Positions 30,039 to 39,893 of a stretch of DNA of 62,177 bases are shown in pieces. The stretch is from positions 1-62,177 of the IMG/VR virus record IMGVR_UViG_3300022208_000003. One strand, written 5' to 3'. How positions within the stretch are numbered: position 1 is the stretch's first letter; each line of letters opens with the position of its first letter. The translations under genes and the position numbers were made by a program. Source of the stretch: a virus. Its lineage: Duplodnaviria > Caudoviricetes. Under the pieces are notes generated by a model. It ran no database searches and was not told the DNA's origin. It saw nothing but the letters and a program-made list of their open reading frames with translations.

Positions 30039-30836
30039 GTTCCACGCTGATATTGGGTAGTAGTTGATAACGTCAGGCCTATCAGTTTTGTTTGGCCTAT
30101 CAAGACTTGTCGGAAACTTATCTCTGCTCTCTGTTACCTCACCGACAAGATCTTTTCTCACAAGACTAAGCTCTAAAAGAGGAGGGAAAGACCATGCGTC
30201 AAGATTTACCATCTGAAGAGAGTTATTCGCATGTATATGGAATATATGAAAGTTTTCAAGTATTTTATCAATTCCAGCATTATATTTTTGGAATATATCG
30301 ATATTGCATTGTTCGAAAAAGTCTCCGATTATCATGTGAAAATAAGGAGAATGTCCGTTCTCTTTATGCTCGACATGAAAGACGTGCATTTCAATCAATA
30401 TCTGGCTGAATCTCTTTAGGTCTTCAGCCTTGATCTCTCTCAATAACTCCCATTCATGGCATTCAATATCTACTTTGAGGAGAGAATTGCCGGTATGCTC
30501 TTTGAACCCTTCAGGGTATAGCTGATTCGCGTATTTCTTTATATGTACAAATTTGTCGTTTACTTCAGGTAACTTTTGTATTGTCGGATCACAGAGTAAG
30601 CATGATGTAGTATTAGGAAATCTATATAAAAAATCAGCCTCAAAAGAGACGTCGTTACCAACACCAAAAGTCATTATCTTTTCAGTTTTGTCGCATATCT
30701 CTTTTAATGCGACATACCCGCCATCGTTAGGACCACCTATACGGGTCTTTGTCAATCCGACATCAACAACGGATATCTTTCTGAAGAAATCGCCAATAGG
30801 CCGCATATCAGCCATTAATTCATCTCCACAATGCAT
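30015..30836 (-). CDS. FkbM/Methyltransf_22-like methyltransferase
   Basis: RIGGPNDGGY, FGVGNDVSFE, LKVDIECHEW, QILIEMH, HIHANN. Confidence 0.85.
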   Translation of the reverse strand: MHCGDELMADMRPIGDFFRKISVVDVGLTKTRIGGPNDGGYVALKEICDKTEKIMTFGVGNDVSFEADFLYRFPNTTSCLLCDPTIQKLPEVNDKFVHIKKYANQLYPEGFKEHTGNSLLKVDIECHEWELLREIKAEDLKRFSQILIEMHVFHVEHKENGHSPYFHMIIGDFFEQCNIDIFQKYNAGIDKILENFHIFHIHANNSLQMVNLDAWSFPPLLELSLVRKDLVGEVTESRDKFPTSLDRPNKTDRPDVINYYPISAWNSELFRDC

Positions 30837-31822
30837 CTCCCGGCTTTACCGGTGCGCATGGTTGCTATTGCTTGGTTAATATCATCGAGTTGGAAGCGAT
30901 TGGTTATCATTTTTGATAATTCAAATCGTCCTTCCCGGTACATCTGAAGATAACGGTTTATATCTTTGTCAGGGTCAGTGAGCCCTCCTTGGCTATCGAG
31001 TATCGTCTTTCCGCAGTAATGCTGCCGTGCGTTTGAGAAAACAATATCAGCTCCTGTGTAAGGCTGTCCAACAAGGATAAGCTTGCCTCCCGGTTTGACC
31101 ATTTTGAGCCCCTGTTCAATGACAAGGCAGTTCCCGGTACAATCAACGAAAACGTCAACAGGTCGTTCCCAGAATTTATTCTCGCTCCTAACTGTTTTTG
31201 TTGCACCGAACTCCTCCGCCATTTCTAGCTTTTCATCGTGGATATCGATTGCCACTATCCGTCCGGCGCCAACAAGCTTTGCCCCCTGGATCACGTTAAG
31301 CCCAACACCACCAACTCCGGCAACCGCGATTGACTGGCCTATCTTAAGCTTTGCCTCGTTATTGATAAGCCCAAACCCGGTAGTAACAGCGCAGCCCATG
31401 AGTGCCCCTATATCGGCAGGGATATCGTGCCCTATTTTGGTAACTCTGTTTTCGGAAACAATAGCTGATGTAGCAAAGGTGGCGATAGGGCCAGAGCCGA
31501 CGTTGAGCTTGTTGCTGCTCTTGTATCGTGCCGGCACCGCATCTATTCCAGATCCCTTACGCCAGTGCATGACAACACGATCACCTTTCTCAACCTTGCG
31601 TACACCTCCTCCGACTCCCATTACTCTCCCGCAACCTTCATGCCCGAGCATGTGCGGCAAGTACGGGTCAGCTCCGGCAGCTCCTGTTATCTCGCCTATC
31701 TGAGCACCACAGATACCAGAGGCTTCAATCCTGACAAGAACCTGCCCCTCCATTATTTCCTGAGGTTCAAGTTCCATGACTTGGAGTGGAGAATTTTGTT
31801 CAACCAATACTGCGGCTCTCAC
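30815..31822 (-). CDS. Zn-dependent (MDR) alcohol/sugar dehydrogenase
   Basis: GICG, GHEG, GCAVTTG and GVGGVG motifs; lacks the four-Cys structural-Zn lobe. Confidence 0.9.
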   Translation of the reverse strand: MRAAVLVEQNSPLQVMELEPQEIMEGQVLVRIEASGICGAQIGEITGAAGADPYLPHMLGHEGCGRVMGVGGGVRKVEKGDRVVMHWRKGSGIDAVPARYKSSNKLNVGSGPIATFATSAIVSENRVTKIGHDIPADIGALMGCAVTTGFGLINNEAKLKIGQSIAVAGVGGVGLNVIQGAKLVGAGRIVAIDIHDEKLEMAEEFGATKTVRSENKFWERPVDVFVDCTGNCLVIEQGLKMVKPGGKLILVGQPYTGADIVFSNARQHYCGKTILDSQGGLTDPDKDINRYLQMYREGRFELSKMITNRFQLDDINQAIATMRTGKAGRCIVEMN

Positions 31823-32466
31823 AAAGTGTCCTCCAGTTTGACTTTCTGGAATTGCTCAATCAGAGAAACCGGTGAGCAGTTTAGGATTTCAATTCCTAAA
31901 GCTTTAGCATCTTCCGCGATTTTATCGAAATGTCGAAGATATCGTTTAAATGGATGGTGCAACGGGTCTTCGTAGCCGTAATCAGAATGAAAATTCTTGT
32001 TTTTATCAACGATTCTCATGTCAAATCCAAGAAGAACGATTCTTTTTACACCGAACCAAAACGCGATATTTATTGCGCTTGAGCCTGAATTTCCGTTCCA
32101 TGATATGCGGTCTCGCCTTGATGATTCGAGTCCGCTCGGCTTGCCTCGGGTAACCCTTTTTACCCCAGGCCATCCGTGATCAGGGACGCGACCACAGCTT
32201 GATATCTTGAGGCCTTTGTATTCAAGTAGGTCTTTCCTGATCGCTGAATATAGCGAGCAATCTCCGAAGTAAACCACGTCAACCCAAGGATAGTATCGAA
32301 AGGCAACGTTTACTCCTATCGTGCGCTGATCTTGCAACGGGGAAAGATCCTGATCTTTTAAAGATGGACCACCGCCGATGATATACGCTGTCTCGCCAGA
32401 CCAGATAGGAGGAATTTTAAACGGCTGCCGTGGGGTAAAATCGACTTGCCTTTTTGCAGCCGTCAT
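31819..32466 (-). CDS. DUF115/Maf-like (sialyltransferase-fold) glycosyltransferase
   Basis: IIGGGPSL, IGVN, NSG, IVLLGFD and ILNCS motifs. Confidence 0.75.
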   Translation of the reverse strand: MTAAKRQVDFTPRQPFKIPPIWSGETAYIIGGGPSLKDQDLSPLQDQRTIGVNVAFRYYPWVDVVYFGDCSLYSAIRKDLLEYKGLKISSCGRVPDHGWPGVKRVTRGKPSGLESSRRDRISWNGNSGSSAINIAFWFGVKRIVLLGFDMRIVDKNKNFHSDYGYEDPLHHPFKRYLRHFDKIAEDAKALGIEILNCSPVSLIEQFQKVKLEDTL

Positions 32467-32866
32467 AATTCATGCAGTCCGAACAGTTTTCGAATTCGTC
32501 GAAGTCTTTTCCGAAAGTGCCTTCTTTTAATGGACAATCATTATCGCTGATATCGAGAAGTTTTCTCGCATCTGCGGCAGTGATTGGCTTACTGTTAACC
32601 GGCTTCTTGGTGGCCGAGTTAATCACGTTATAACCGCCTTCAACTTTTTTGGGGTACATAGCGTAATCAACCGACGGCTCTACCTCCGGCTCCGGATCTT
32701 TCGGCATCTCTCCTGAAGTGGCAATATAATTTAATTTTTCACTTCCGAGGAAATCAACTGTCTCGTGCTCTCCGGGAACTTCTTCTCCAGGCTTGATGGT
32801 TTTCCATCCGTAGCCCGGCACTATTACCCGGTGTATGCCGACATTTAATTTTCGTCTTAATTTCAT
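32417..32866 (-). CDS. Hypothetical protein after the capsid gene
   Basis: 149 aa; C-terminal Cys cluster CP...FG......C..C....C. Confidence 0.7.
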   Translation of the reverse strand: MKLRRKLNVGIHRVIVPGYGWKTIKPGEEVPGEHETVDFLGSEKLNYIATSGEMPKDPEPEVEPSVDYAMYPKKVEGGYNVINSATKKPVNSKPITAADARKLLDISDNDCPLKEGTFGKDFDEFENCSDCMNYDGCKKASRFYPTAAV

Positions 32867-32909
32867 ATTAATCCTTGGTTAGATTATCACCGTTCAGGCC
32901 GGTTTACCT

Positions 32910-33980
32910 TTATGCTGAAAGTACGGTAACGCCGCAGTTACCGTTCTGGTCTGCGCGAATTTGCGGGACCATAATGGTCATTACTTTGTACTCGGTAGCC
33001 ATGCCGCCATGCGTGTCCCATTCAACCGTAGTCAAAGGAAGACCCTCTACGATTCGAACGGTATCGGCGGTAAGTTGTACAAGAACTACTTTGTTTGCCG
33101 TCAAAGAGTCTACAACCTTAACGGTCTCAATACCGCCGATCTCAAGAATACGCTGGCGGATAGTTTTGTCAGACTCAGCTTTGAAATCGTCGTCAAGCGT
33201 GGTCTCATAAGCCGTAGGAACATACAGCGCCCATGGTCCATAATGACGTGCATCAATGGAGGCCTGTTTCATTGCGCGGACATCGTCAAGAATCAGGGAG
33301 CCGGTCTTTGCAGAAGCGTCCCAGTTTACCGACAGGGTTACCGTGTTGCGGTTCGGATGATCGGTGTAGCCATACAGGGTGCTGCCACCATAGGCAAACG
33401 TACTTGCTCCGGTGAACAGGGTTGACTCAACGTGCTCAGCGACTACACGAGCAGCCAACATGCCGGCGGTAGTGTCAACCGGATCTCCACTGGTACGGGA
33501 AGCCGCCAGCACCCGAGCGTTGAAAGAAAACTCTTTGTGAGTAATTGGGAGTGGCAAATACTTGAGGTCGTATTTCGGCCGATCTTTCTGGCCATCTACC
33601 ACGGCATCCATATCGAGGTGCGCAGCGGTCATCTCGCTGAGATCCTCATACTCAAGAACGGTTTTCCCTAGACCGTTTGATAAGCGAAGTACCAAACCTT
33701 TTGCGTACAGATCGGCAACACCGACAAGGCGAGTCTTTGCAGCCTCAACGATCTGGCTGTCCATCTGCTTCCACTCGTCTTTCCGGAGAGTGGCGTTTGC
33801 CATTATCGGAATTGCTTTTGCCTTGCCGTTGACAATTTTTGTCACGTAAGACCGCCCATCATTTCCGATCCACGGACGAAGGACATTAGCGTCCATGCCG
33901 TTAGCCATCAGCTTTTTGCCTACTGGGCCAAAATCTCCAATGCTAGGAGAAGAAAGCTCAATCATAGCGTTGTTAGTCAT
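32910..33980 (-). CDS. Major capsid protein (HK97 fold, linocin/encapsulin-like)
   Basis: 356 aa; EWKQMD...PLPITHKEF...R.LAASR; position. Confidence 0.88.
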   Translation of the reverse strand: MTNNAMIELSSPSIGDFGPVGKKLMANGMDANVLRPWIGNDGRSYVTKIVNGKAKAIPIMANATLRKDEWKQMDSQIVEAAKTRLVGVADLYAKGLVLRLSNGLGKTVLEYEDLSEMTAAHLDMDAVVDGQKDRPKYDLKYLPLPITHKEFSFNARVLAASRTSGDPVDTTAGMLAARVVAEHVESTLFTGASTFAYGGSTLYGYTDHPNRNTVTLSVNWDASAKTGSLILDDVRAMKQASIDARHYGPWALYVPTAYETTLDDDFKAESDKTIRQRILEIGGIETVKVVDSLTANKVVLVQLTADTVRIVEGLPLTTVEWDTHGGMATEYKVMTIMVPQIRADQNGNCGVTVLSA

Positions 33981-33992
33981 CGTTATTCCTCC

Positions 33993-34475
33993 TTAGACAA
34001 TCCGGACTTTGATTCGTGCCGTAGTGGGATCTGCTCCGGAGGAACCGGACATATCAACCGCCTCTATGGCCTGTGCCACAATCGGCATTGTGTAAATTGT
34101 TTGAGCTTCTTTGCTCTCTGCGATATCTGCAACGTGTACTTGCAAGGTTCCATTGCCTGCAGACTCCAAGAAAGATCCGATAGAAGCGCTTTGACCGTCT
34201 GCCAGCAAGGCGTAAATCACGTCTCCTCGACGAGGATAAACGTATTTGACACGAGCGGCAGCGGCGTATGCATCGGTGATATCTTTACCCTGCAAATCGT
34301 CTTCCACAGCGAACATAGGAACAGCGTTCTGTGCAGCGTTTGCGTGTACCCTTACTTTTCCGGTGGACATCAACTCAATAAGGTGCCCCGGAGTAATCGC
34401 AGCGTTTGCGATTGCTTCCCGAGTGACGAGATTCTCGCCCTCGAGAACGATTGTTTTATATGCGGTATCAGCCAT
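33993..34475 (-). CDS. Head decoration/cement protein
   Basis: 160 aa between scaffold and capsid; AAITPGHL. Confidence 0.7.
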   Translation of the reverse strand: MADTAYKTIVLEGENLVTREAIANAAITPGHLIELMSTGKVRVHANAAQNAVPMFAVEDDLQGKDITDAYAAAARVKYVYPRRGDVIYALLADGQSASIGSFLESAGNGTLQVHVADIAESKEAQTIYTMPIVAQAIEAVDMSGSSGADPTTARIKVRIV

Positions 34476-34486
34476 TTTCTTACTCC

Positions 34487-36418
34487 TTACTGAGTCGGGC
34501 TATCGAAATTGAGAGAAGTCATTACGTAGGGCTCTTCCTCGGTTTTGCCGGTTCCGGTTACCCCTCCGCCGCCTTGGCCGAGATACGAATATTGATGTGA
34601 AACAGCAGGCTTGGCAGCGAGAGCTGCAATACCAGCGAGAGCGGTATCGTCCATAGACTTAAGTTGCTCTTCGGTAAACGGATTCGCCTCATTTGCCAGG
34701 ATAGTGGCGATCATCTCGGTTCGTGCCTTGTCGAGCTGTTTAAGACCGGCGTTAAGCACTTCGCGAATCTTCGGTGGGGCTGCAGCTAAATAGCTTTCCA
34801 TCGTGATAGGTCCTTCTTTTTTTGTTGCTGCTTCAGCCATTGCCTCGAAATGACCAAGCTGATCAGCAGTTAATCCTTCGAGCCATTCCGCATCGGCATC
34901 GTTAAAGGTTGTGTTTTTGTTTGCAATCAGCGCCCGTACTTTTTCCGGGCAGCAGGGCTCTTTGTTTGCCATTTGCTTTTCTCCTTTGCTGTTACCCTGT
35001 ACGGGCAGGTATTCGGTTTTCTTGTATACTTCGACTCTCATGGTGTCGATTGTCACTCTACCGTTTTGCTCGGTATAAAACTGTTTGTACAGCCTTGTTC
35101 CGAGGTTTGATTCTTCTCGGTAAATAAAGTACATCGGGAACACTGCCTCGATGTAATTTATCTTATAAATTTCTTGCTTCTCGCTCCTTGGAGAATCGAG
35201 AGAGTCTACATATCGGCCTAATTGATTTCTGATCTCATCGTGGCTGGTTTCGTTTGCTGAAATCTTAACGGCAGACAGCAGATCATACTTATCTGCATAA
35301 ACTCCAGCCTCAGCAGTTGCCATCGCTATCTTGGCAAGATATTCTTCAGGCTCAACATTGACATCTATTGAAGAAATAGCCTCTTGCACCCTTATAGCTC
35401 TACGGTGAGCATCAAGATGAGACTTGATAGCGCTCGATGCCTCTTGACCTGATCTTGCACCTTGAGCAGCAGCCCATGCTGCATTTAATCCACCCTTATG
35501 GAGGTACATTGTTCCGGTCGTGTAAACTCCGGCGTCACTTGGATTACCTCCTCCTTGCACCCAGTGATGAGGATAACCCCAGGTAGATTTCTGCCCTTCA
35601 CTGCCCATGTTGGCAAATGCCACACGTGGAAGTTTTGTTTTGTCCACTGACCCCCAAGAAGGCTCGCTATCAGCTACGCTGTTATTGTGCTTGAAATTTA
35701 CGGTAAGCTTTGCGTGTGGGCGGATTCCGCACCCATCATTACGGCTACACGCTCCTGTCTGGCCGGGAAGCAATGCGAGGTGATCAGGCGTAATAGAAAG
35801 AATTTCGACTGCGTAATCTTCATCATTCCACTTGCCGGCAGATTCATTAACCTCGGCAAAAAGACCGGTGCTTACTTCCATGGTCCCGGAATCGAGTTCA
35901 TCAATAATTGACTCTCGTAAAACCTTGGCCACGTTTACATCGATGCACACTTCGGCCTTGAGCTTACCGCCGTCGTAAAACGTGTTACGGATAAAACCTA
36001 TAGATTGCACTCCGTCGGAATTGGCTGAAATATAGTTTCCTTCTTGGTCCTGCGGATGAAATACCGGAACCGGCATTCCATTCCACTGGGAAGCGCATTG
36101 CTGAAGCACGGCAGACGGATAAAAAGCCGGACTACCTACAGCCCCGTGATGCACCCCCTCAACGAGCATCGTTACCGGATAAACACGGTGCAACGTTCCG
36201 TTTATCGTCTCATCCCTGCCAAGAGTGGTAAGGTTGATGGAAAACTCTAAGAACCTGGAGTTAAGGTTTGGAGTCTTATTGCGGTCTTTCCATGATTGTT
36301 TACATATGGCCACGCGCTGGTCACGGTTTTGATACTCAGATACCATGGTCTCGTCAGCCATGCACCGCGTGGTAAAATCACTTTCTTTTTCTGTTTTTCT
36401 TGGCTGTGGTATAGGCAT
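34487..36418 (-). CDS. DUF2213-type prohead protease/scaffold
   Basis: PVPVFHP, EVSTG and PDHLALL...GACS..DGCG motifs. Confidence 0.85.
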   Translation of the reverse strand: MPIPQPRKTEKESDFTTRCMADETMVSEYQNRDQRVAICKQSWKDRNKTPNLNSRFLEFSINLTTLGRDETINGTLHRVYPVTMLVEGVHHGAVGSPAFYPSAVLQQCASQWNGMPVPVFHPQDQEGNYISANSDGVQSIGFIRNTFYDGGKLKAEVCIDVNVAKVLRESIIDELDSGTMEVSTGLFAEVNESAGKWNDEDYAVEILSITPDHLALLPGQTGACSRNDGCGIRPHAKLTVNFKHNNSVADSEPSWGSVDKTKLPRVAFANMGSEGQKSTWGYPHHWVQGGGNPSDAGVYTTGTMYLHKGGLNAAWAAAQGARSGQEASSAIKSHLDAHRRAIRVQEAISSIDVNVEPEEYLAKIAMATAEAGVYADKYDLLSAVKISANETSHDEIRNQLGRYVDSLDSPRSEKQEIYKINYIEAVFPMYFIYREESNLGTRLYKQFYTEQNGRVTIDTMRVEVYKKTEYLPVQGNSKGEKQMANKEPCCPEKVRALIANKNTTFNDADAEWLEGLTADQLGHFEAMAEAATKKEGPITMESYLAAAPPKIREVLNAGLKQLDKARTEMIATILANEANPFTEEQLKSMDDTALAGIAALAAKPAVSHQYSYLGQGGGGVTGTGKTEEEPYVMTSLNFDSPTQ

Positions 36419-36440
36419 GATATTCTCTCGTAAGTTACTG

Positions 36441-37358
36441 TTATTCTTCTATATACGGTAAGCAGACGCACCGGCAGTTTGGGTGAACGGGAATTATTCC
36501 CTCTGCTTCATTTAGGCTAAATATTTTACCATTAAGACCGGCGCAAACTTTACACACCCTACCGTCTCCAGCAGTGCTGAACTCTGCTTGAATCTTTATT
36601 CCTTGAATTTCAAGGTTACGATACTCCTGAATAGTTGCAAGATGATGCGCCCTTATAACCTCGGTGCGGGCAATCATTAGCGCCCTGGTTATCCCTATTC
36701 CTTCGACTTTAGCGGCGATCTCTTGAGCTATTCGTTCAGTTCCCCAGCCTTGAATAATTCCATCGGCAAGGATTCGGGAAATCTGCTGGTCCATTGCGGC
36801 GGTAACGCCTTCAAGCTCGCTATAGACCCTCGAATAGATAACCGCTGCGCGCTCTGAATGGATCGGCGAGTTGAACGATACGTTCACCTCGTCTATATAC
36901 TCGTTTCCGATATCAGGAACCTGTAACCCTGAATTTCGTGCTTCTTGTCGTGCCCGGCGGATTCCCTGCTTGTATGCTGTATCGATATAGAGATTCGCCC
37001 ACAGTCCGGTAATAGATTCTCCTATCCTGTCTCTTGTGGTGATCTCGAAAATGTTTTCCTGTACCTGAGTTGCGAGCCAGGCCATAAAGGCAGCAAGCTT
37101 CTCGTCATCACGCTTAAATTCAAATTCACGTACACCGGTTGCGGCTAGGGCTGCAGGTTGATTCTTTATTCCGAAACAATCATTTTTGACGACCGATTCT
37201 CTGATAAGTCGGTTAACCTTGCGGAATCTTCGTGTAATATCGGCGACAAATCTATCTCGAAGAGACTTTGTACGAGTCGGGTCTATCTGCCGAGCATTAA
37301 CTTTTAATGCCCTATGATGACCACACGAACAAATGTTCACATCGTTACTCGGAAACAA
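36441..37358 (-). CDS. Mu gpF / SPP1 gp7-like head morphogenesis protein
   Basis: RALMIARTE, DGRVC..C and PVHPNCRC. Confidence 0.92.
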   Translation of the reverse strand: MFPSNDVNICSCGHHRALKVNARQIDPTRTKSLRDRFVADITRRFRKVNRLIRESVVKNDCFGIKNQPAALAATGVREFEFKRDDEKLAAFMAWLATQVQENIFEITTRDRIGESITGLWANLYIDTAYKQGIRRARQEARNSGLQVPDIGNEYIDEVNVSFNSPIHSERAAVIYSRVYSELEGVTAAMDQQISRILADGIIQGWGTERIAQEIAAKVEGIGITRALMIARTEVIRAHHLATIQEYRNLEIQGIKIQAEFSTAGDGRVCKVCAGLNGKIFSLNEAEGIIPVHPNCRCVCLPYIEE

Positions 37359-38796
37359 CTTCTTCCTCTTCAGGTATAGGTTCTTCCGTCATTTGCTCTT
37401 CGAATTCTCGGCCTTCTTCGTCCTCTTTTTGGAGGTCTCTAAGTAACCTCTCAGCTTCATCGCGAATACGGTTAACCTTCTCCTCCGGAAAATCCATTAT
37501 CTCGCTGAGAAATACATCAAGCGGAATAGACTCGTTACCTGGAGAAGAATAGAATTCACGTATTGCCTGGGAAACAGTCTTGCCGACCTCAGCTTTGTCC
37601 TTTGGAGTGGGTGCGGTTAACGGAGGCCATTCAATCGAGTACTCTTCACCGGGCGGTCCTTCCATTACTCCAAGCTCAATCATCTTGTCGATAAAAGGCC
37701 GGAGGATAACGTTTTCGTTAAAATCAACACGTCTTGTTTCGACTCTCGAAGTCCATGCCTCGTCGTCTTGAGTGGATGCAAGCTCTCCACGCTCTGAGCC
37801 CATCAAGATACGTTTCGGCATTGCCTTTGCTGCCCCGATAAGATCAATCTGGATGTCAAAAGCATCCCGAGGTGAAGCAATATTAGGCTCAAGAGACTTA
37901 ACGTCTAACCCCTGCAATTTCATGTATCGCTGAAGGCCGTGGACGTATTTGTCGATTTCTGCTGTAAGCTCGGCTGCCTTTTCGGTAATATCGTATTCCT
38001 TATCGGCAATAAATGCCAAACCCCTCATCGCTCCCTGCCAAAACATCTCAGCGCTTCCGCCGGAAATCAGTTCAAGGTTATTGAGTAGGTTGTAAATAGG
38101 CTCAAGCTCAGGAGTGCCTGATATCTCAGATTCGAGCAGGTTTCTTGCGATATGGATTACACGGGAATGGTGAACTTCAAGTTCTCTAAGCTGGACAGCA
38201 TCCCCAATATATGCAGGCTCTGAGAAGCTTATGCGATATGATTCAGGGCGGTTGTAGCGCGGGCTTTTTGGGTCTGGATCGAGTTTATTTATTACGGCAG
38301 ACCATTGCCCATAAGGCTGAAGGTAAAGTATTTCAGAAGCTCTTTGAACAGGCTCTCGCGGGTCTCTTCCATCATTGAATCCTATCATCAAAACAGAATA
38401 ATTGCCTATTCCTGATAGGATGTCTGCTCGTTTGAATACGCTATAGATCTTGAACTTCTTGACAAGCTCTTTCCAGCTTTTTCCAAAGGATGATTCGCTT
38501 TCCGATTCGTCGGTGATCTCGGGAATTTTCTCCCACGATTCGTCAGGCATAGCTTTAACTATACGCTGCGCTATGTCTTGACGGCGGTATTTTGCAAGGA
38601 AATTTTCGTGCGTGAGGCCTTCAAGTGAAGGATATCCGAGAGTTTCGTAAAGATCTCTCTTATTGCCGAAAGATTTACCCAATCTCGCAGCTACAGCGGA
38701 TCTCTGCTGGATAACGGAGGAAAGAATTTCAAGCTTTTTGGCTTGTACGAGCAGCTTCTTTTGCTCAAGCTGCTCTTTGGAAAGCTTATTGGCCAT
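37345..38796 (-). CDS. Portal protein (DUF1073-type)
   Basis: VHHSRVIH, PKRILMG.ERG.LAS..D and LRPFI motifs; position. Confidence 0.88.
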   Translation of the reverse strand: MANKLSKEQLEQKKLLVQAKKLEILSSVIQQRSAVAARLGKSFGNKRDLYETLGYPSLEGLTHENFLAKYRRQDIAQRIVKAMPDESWEKIPEITDESESESSFGKSWKELVKKFKIYSVFKRADILSGIGNYSVLMIGFNDGRDPREPVQRASEILYLQPYGQWSAVINKLDPDPKSPRYNRPESYRISFSEPAYIGDAVQLRELEVHHSRVIHIARNLLESEISGTPELEPIYNLLNNLELISGGSAEMFWQGAMRGLAFIADKEYDITEKAAELTAEIDKYVHGLQRYMKLQGLDVKSLEPNIASPRDAFDIQIDLIGAAKAMPKRILMGSERGELASTQDDEAWTSRVETRRVDFNENVILRPFIDKMIELGVMEGPPGEEYSIEWPPLTAPTPKDKAEVGKTVSQAIREFYSSPGNESIPLDVFLSEIMDFPEEKVNRIRDEAERLLRDLQKEDEEGREFEEQMTEEPIPEEEEVVSE

Positions 38797-38891
38797 GCTC
38801 ACCTTAGCGTAATTTTAACACTTTGTGTGTTTACGATACACTAAGGTGATAATAATAAGCAAGTATTTTTTTGATTTTTTTCTTGACAGGG

Positions 38892-39146
38892 TTATTTTTT
38901 GTGAGGCATTTCCTCAATCTTAATGGTTGTTGTCTCTTTTATCCAATCTCTTTCTACCGCCTCAAGTCTCTCAAGGAGCAATTTTTTAAGCTCCCCTTTA
39001 AAGTCTGTGAAACCGTCATATTTTTCGTATCTTCTTATTATTTTTTTCTTTTCAGTATCATACAAAACAAACTGAAAAGTTGCACCAGTAGGGTCATTAA
39101 TAGCAATAGCGCCAGCCGGATCACATAATATTCTAATCTCCCTCAT
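38892..39146 (-). CDS. Hypothetical protein
   Basis: ORF with GGAGGG RBS. Confidence 0.6.
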   Translation of the reverse strand: MREIRILCDPAGAIAINDPTGATFQFVLYDTEKKKIIRRYEKYDGFTDFKGELKKLLLERLEAVERDWIKETTTIKIEEMPHKK

Positions 39147-39161
39147 TTTCCCCTCCAAAGT

Positions 39162-39893
39162 TTATTCACAAAGAGTCATCTTGTTAGCCATCACCAAATC
39201 CTCCGGCGTATTCACATCAACCCCGCAATCAAACTGCGATATAGCCACGTGGATGTAAAAATCCTCATAAATCACCCTGAGTTGTTCGAGCTTTTCCTTC
39301 TTCTCAAGCTGACTTTGTGGCGTATTGACGAATCGCTGAAGAGATGAATTACGATAGGCATAAATACCTATATGGTTAAGCCAAGTGCCATCGCCGTTTC
39401 TTTCAGCGTAAAAAGGAGTCCGGGTGAAAGATAAAGCTTTTCCTTTTCTATCGATCACGACTTTGACATTATTCTTATCGTAAAATCCGTTTGTATCATC
39501 TCTTTTTCTTGCCGCCGTCACGATGTCGTAATGATCATGCCCCACTATCTCGTCAATAAGCTGCTCAATGAGCCGAGGCGAGATAAACGGAACGTCTCCC
39601 TGAACGTTGACTACGATGTCGTTATCATCAAGGTTTTGTTGCCGTGCTGCTTCTGCTACCCTATCGCTTCCGGAATGATGAATTCCTGTTATTGCCGATA
39701 ATGCTCCGGCTGAATTGGCCATTCCGGCTATGTGAACGTGATCTGTAGCCACTATCACGTCGTCTACTCCGTTAACCATAAGGCACTGCGCAACTACTCG
39801 CTCAATCATGGTCTTGCCTCCGATCATGGCGAGTGGTTTTCCAGGAAATCGAGAGCTTGCGTGCCGTGCTGGAATTATGATTACTTTTTTCAT
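39162..39893 (-). CDS. kdsB: 3-deoxy-manno-octulosonate cytidylyltransferase (CMP-Kdo synthetase)
   Basis: IIPARHASSRFPGKPL, SGSDR, NVQGD, HIGIYAY, EKLEQLR. Confidence 0.92.
   Translation of the reverse strand: MKKVIIIPARHASSRFPGKPLAMIGGKTMIERVVAQCLMVNGVDDVIVATDHVHIAGMANSAGALSAITGIHHSGSDRVAEAARQQNLDDNDIVVNVQGDVPFISPRLIEQLIDEIVGHDHYDIVTAARKRDDTNGFYDKNNVKVVIDRKGKALSFTRTPFYAERNGDGTWLNHIGIYAYRNSSLQRFVNTPQSQLEKKEKLEQLRVIYEDFYIHVAISQFDCGVDVNTPEDLVMANKMTLCE

Noticed and set aside
31083-31703. Long plus-strand ORFs antisense to structural or enzyme genes (e.g. 31083-31703, 32961-33425, 58440-58994)
   Set aside because: Shadow ORFs of well-supported minus-strand genes with no recognisable motifs
32910-33980. 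Bacterial encapsulin/linocin nanocompartment
   Set aside because: The context with portal, protease, decoration and tail genes shows it is the phage major capsid protein
37345-38796. Anti-CBASS Acb1 label sometimes attached to DUF1073 proteins
   Set aside because: Size, motifs and position between terminase and gpF indicate a portal; no 2H-phosphoesterase HxT pair is evident
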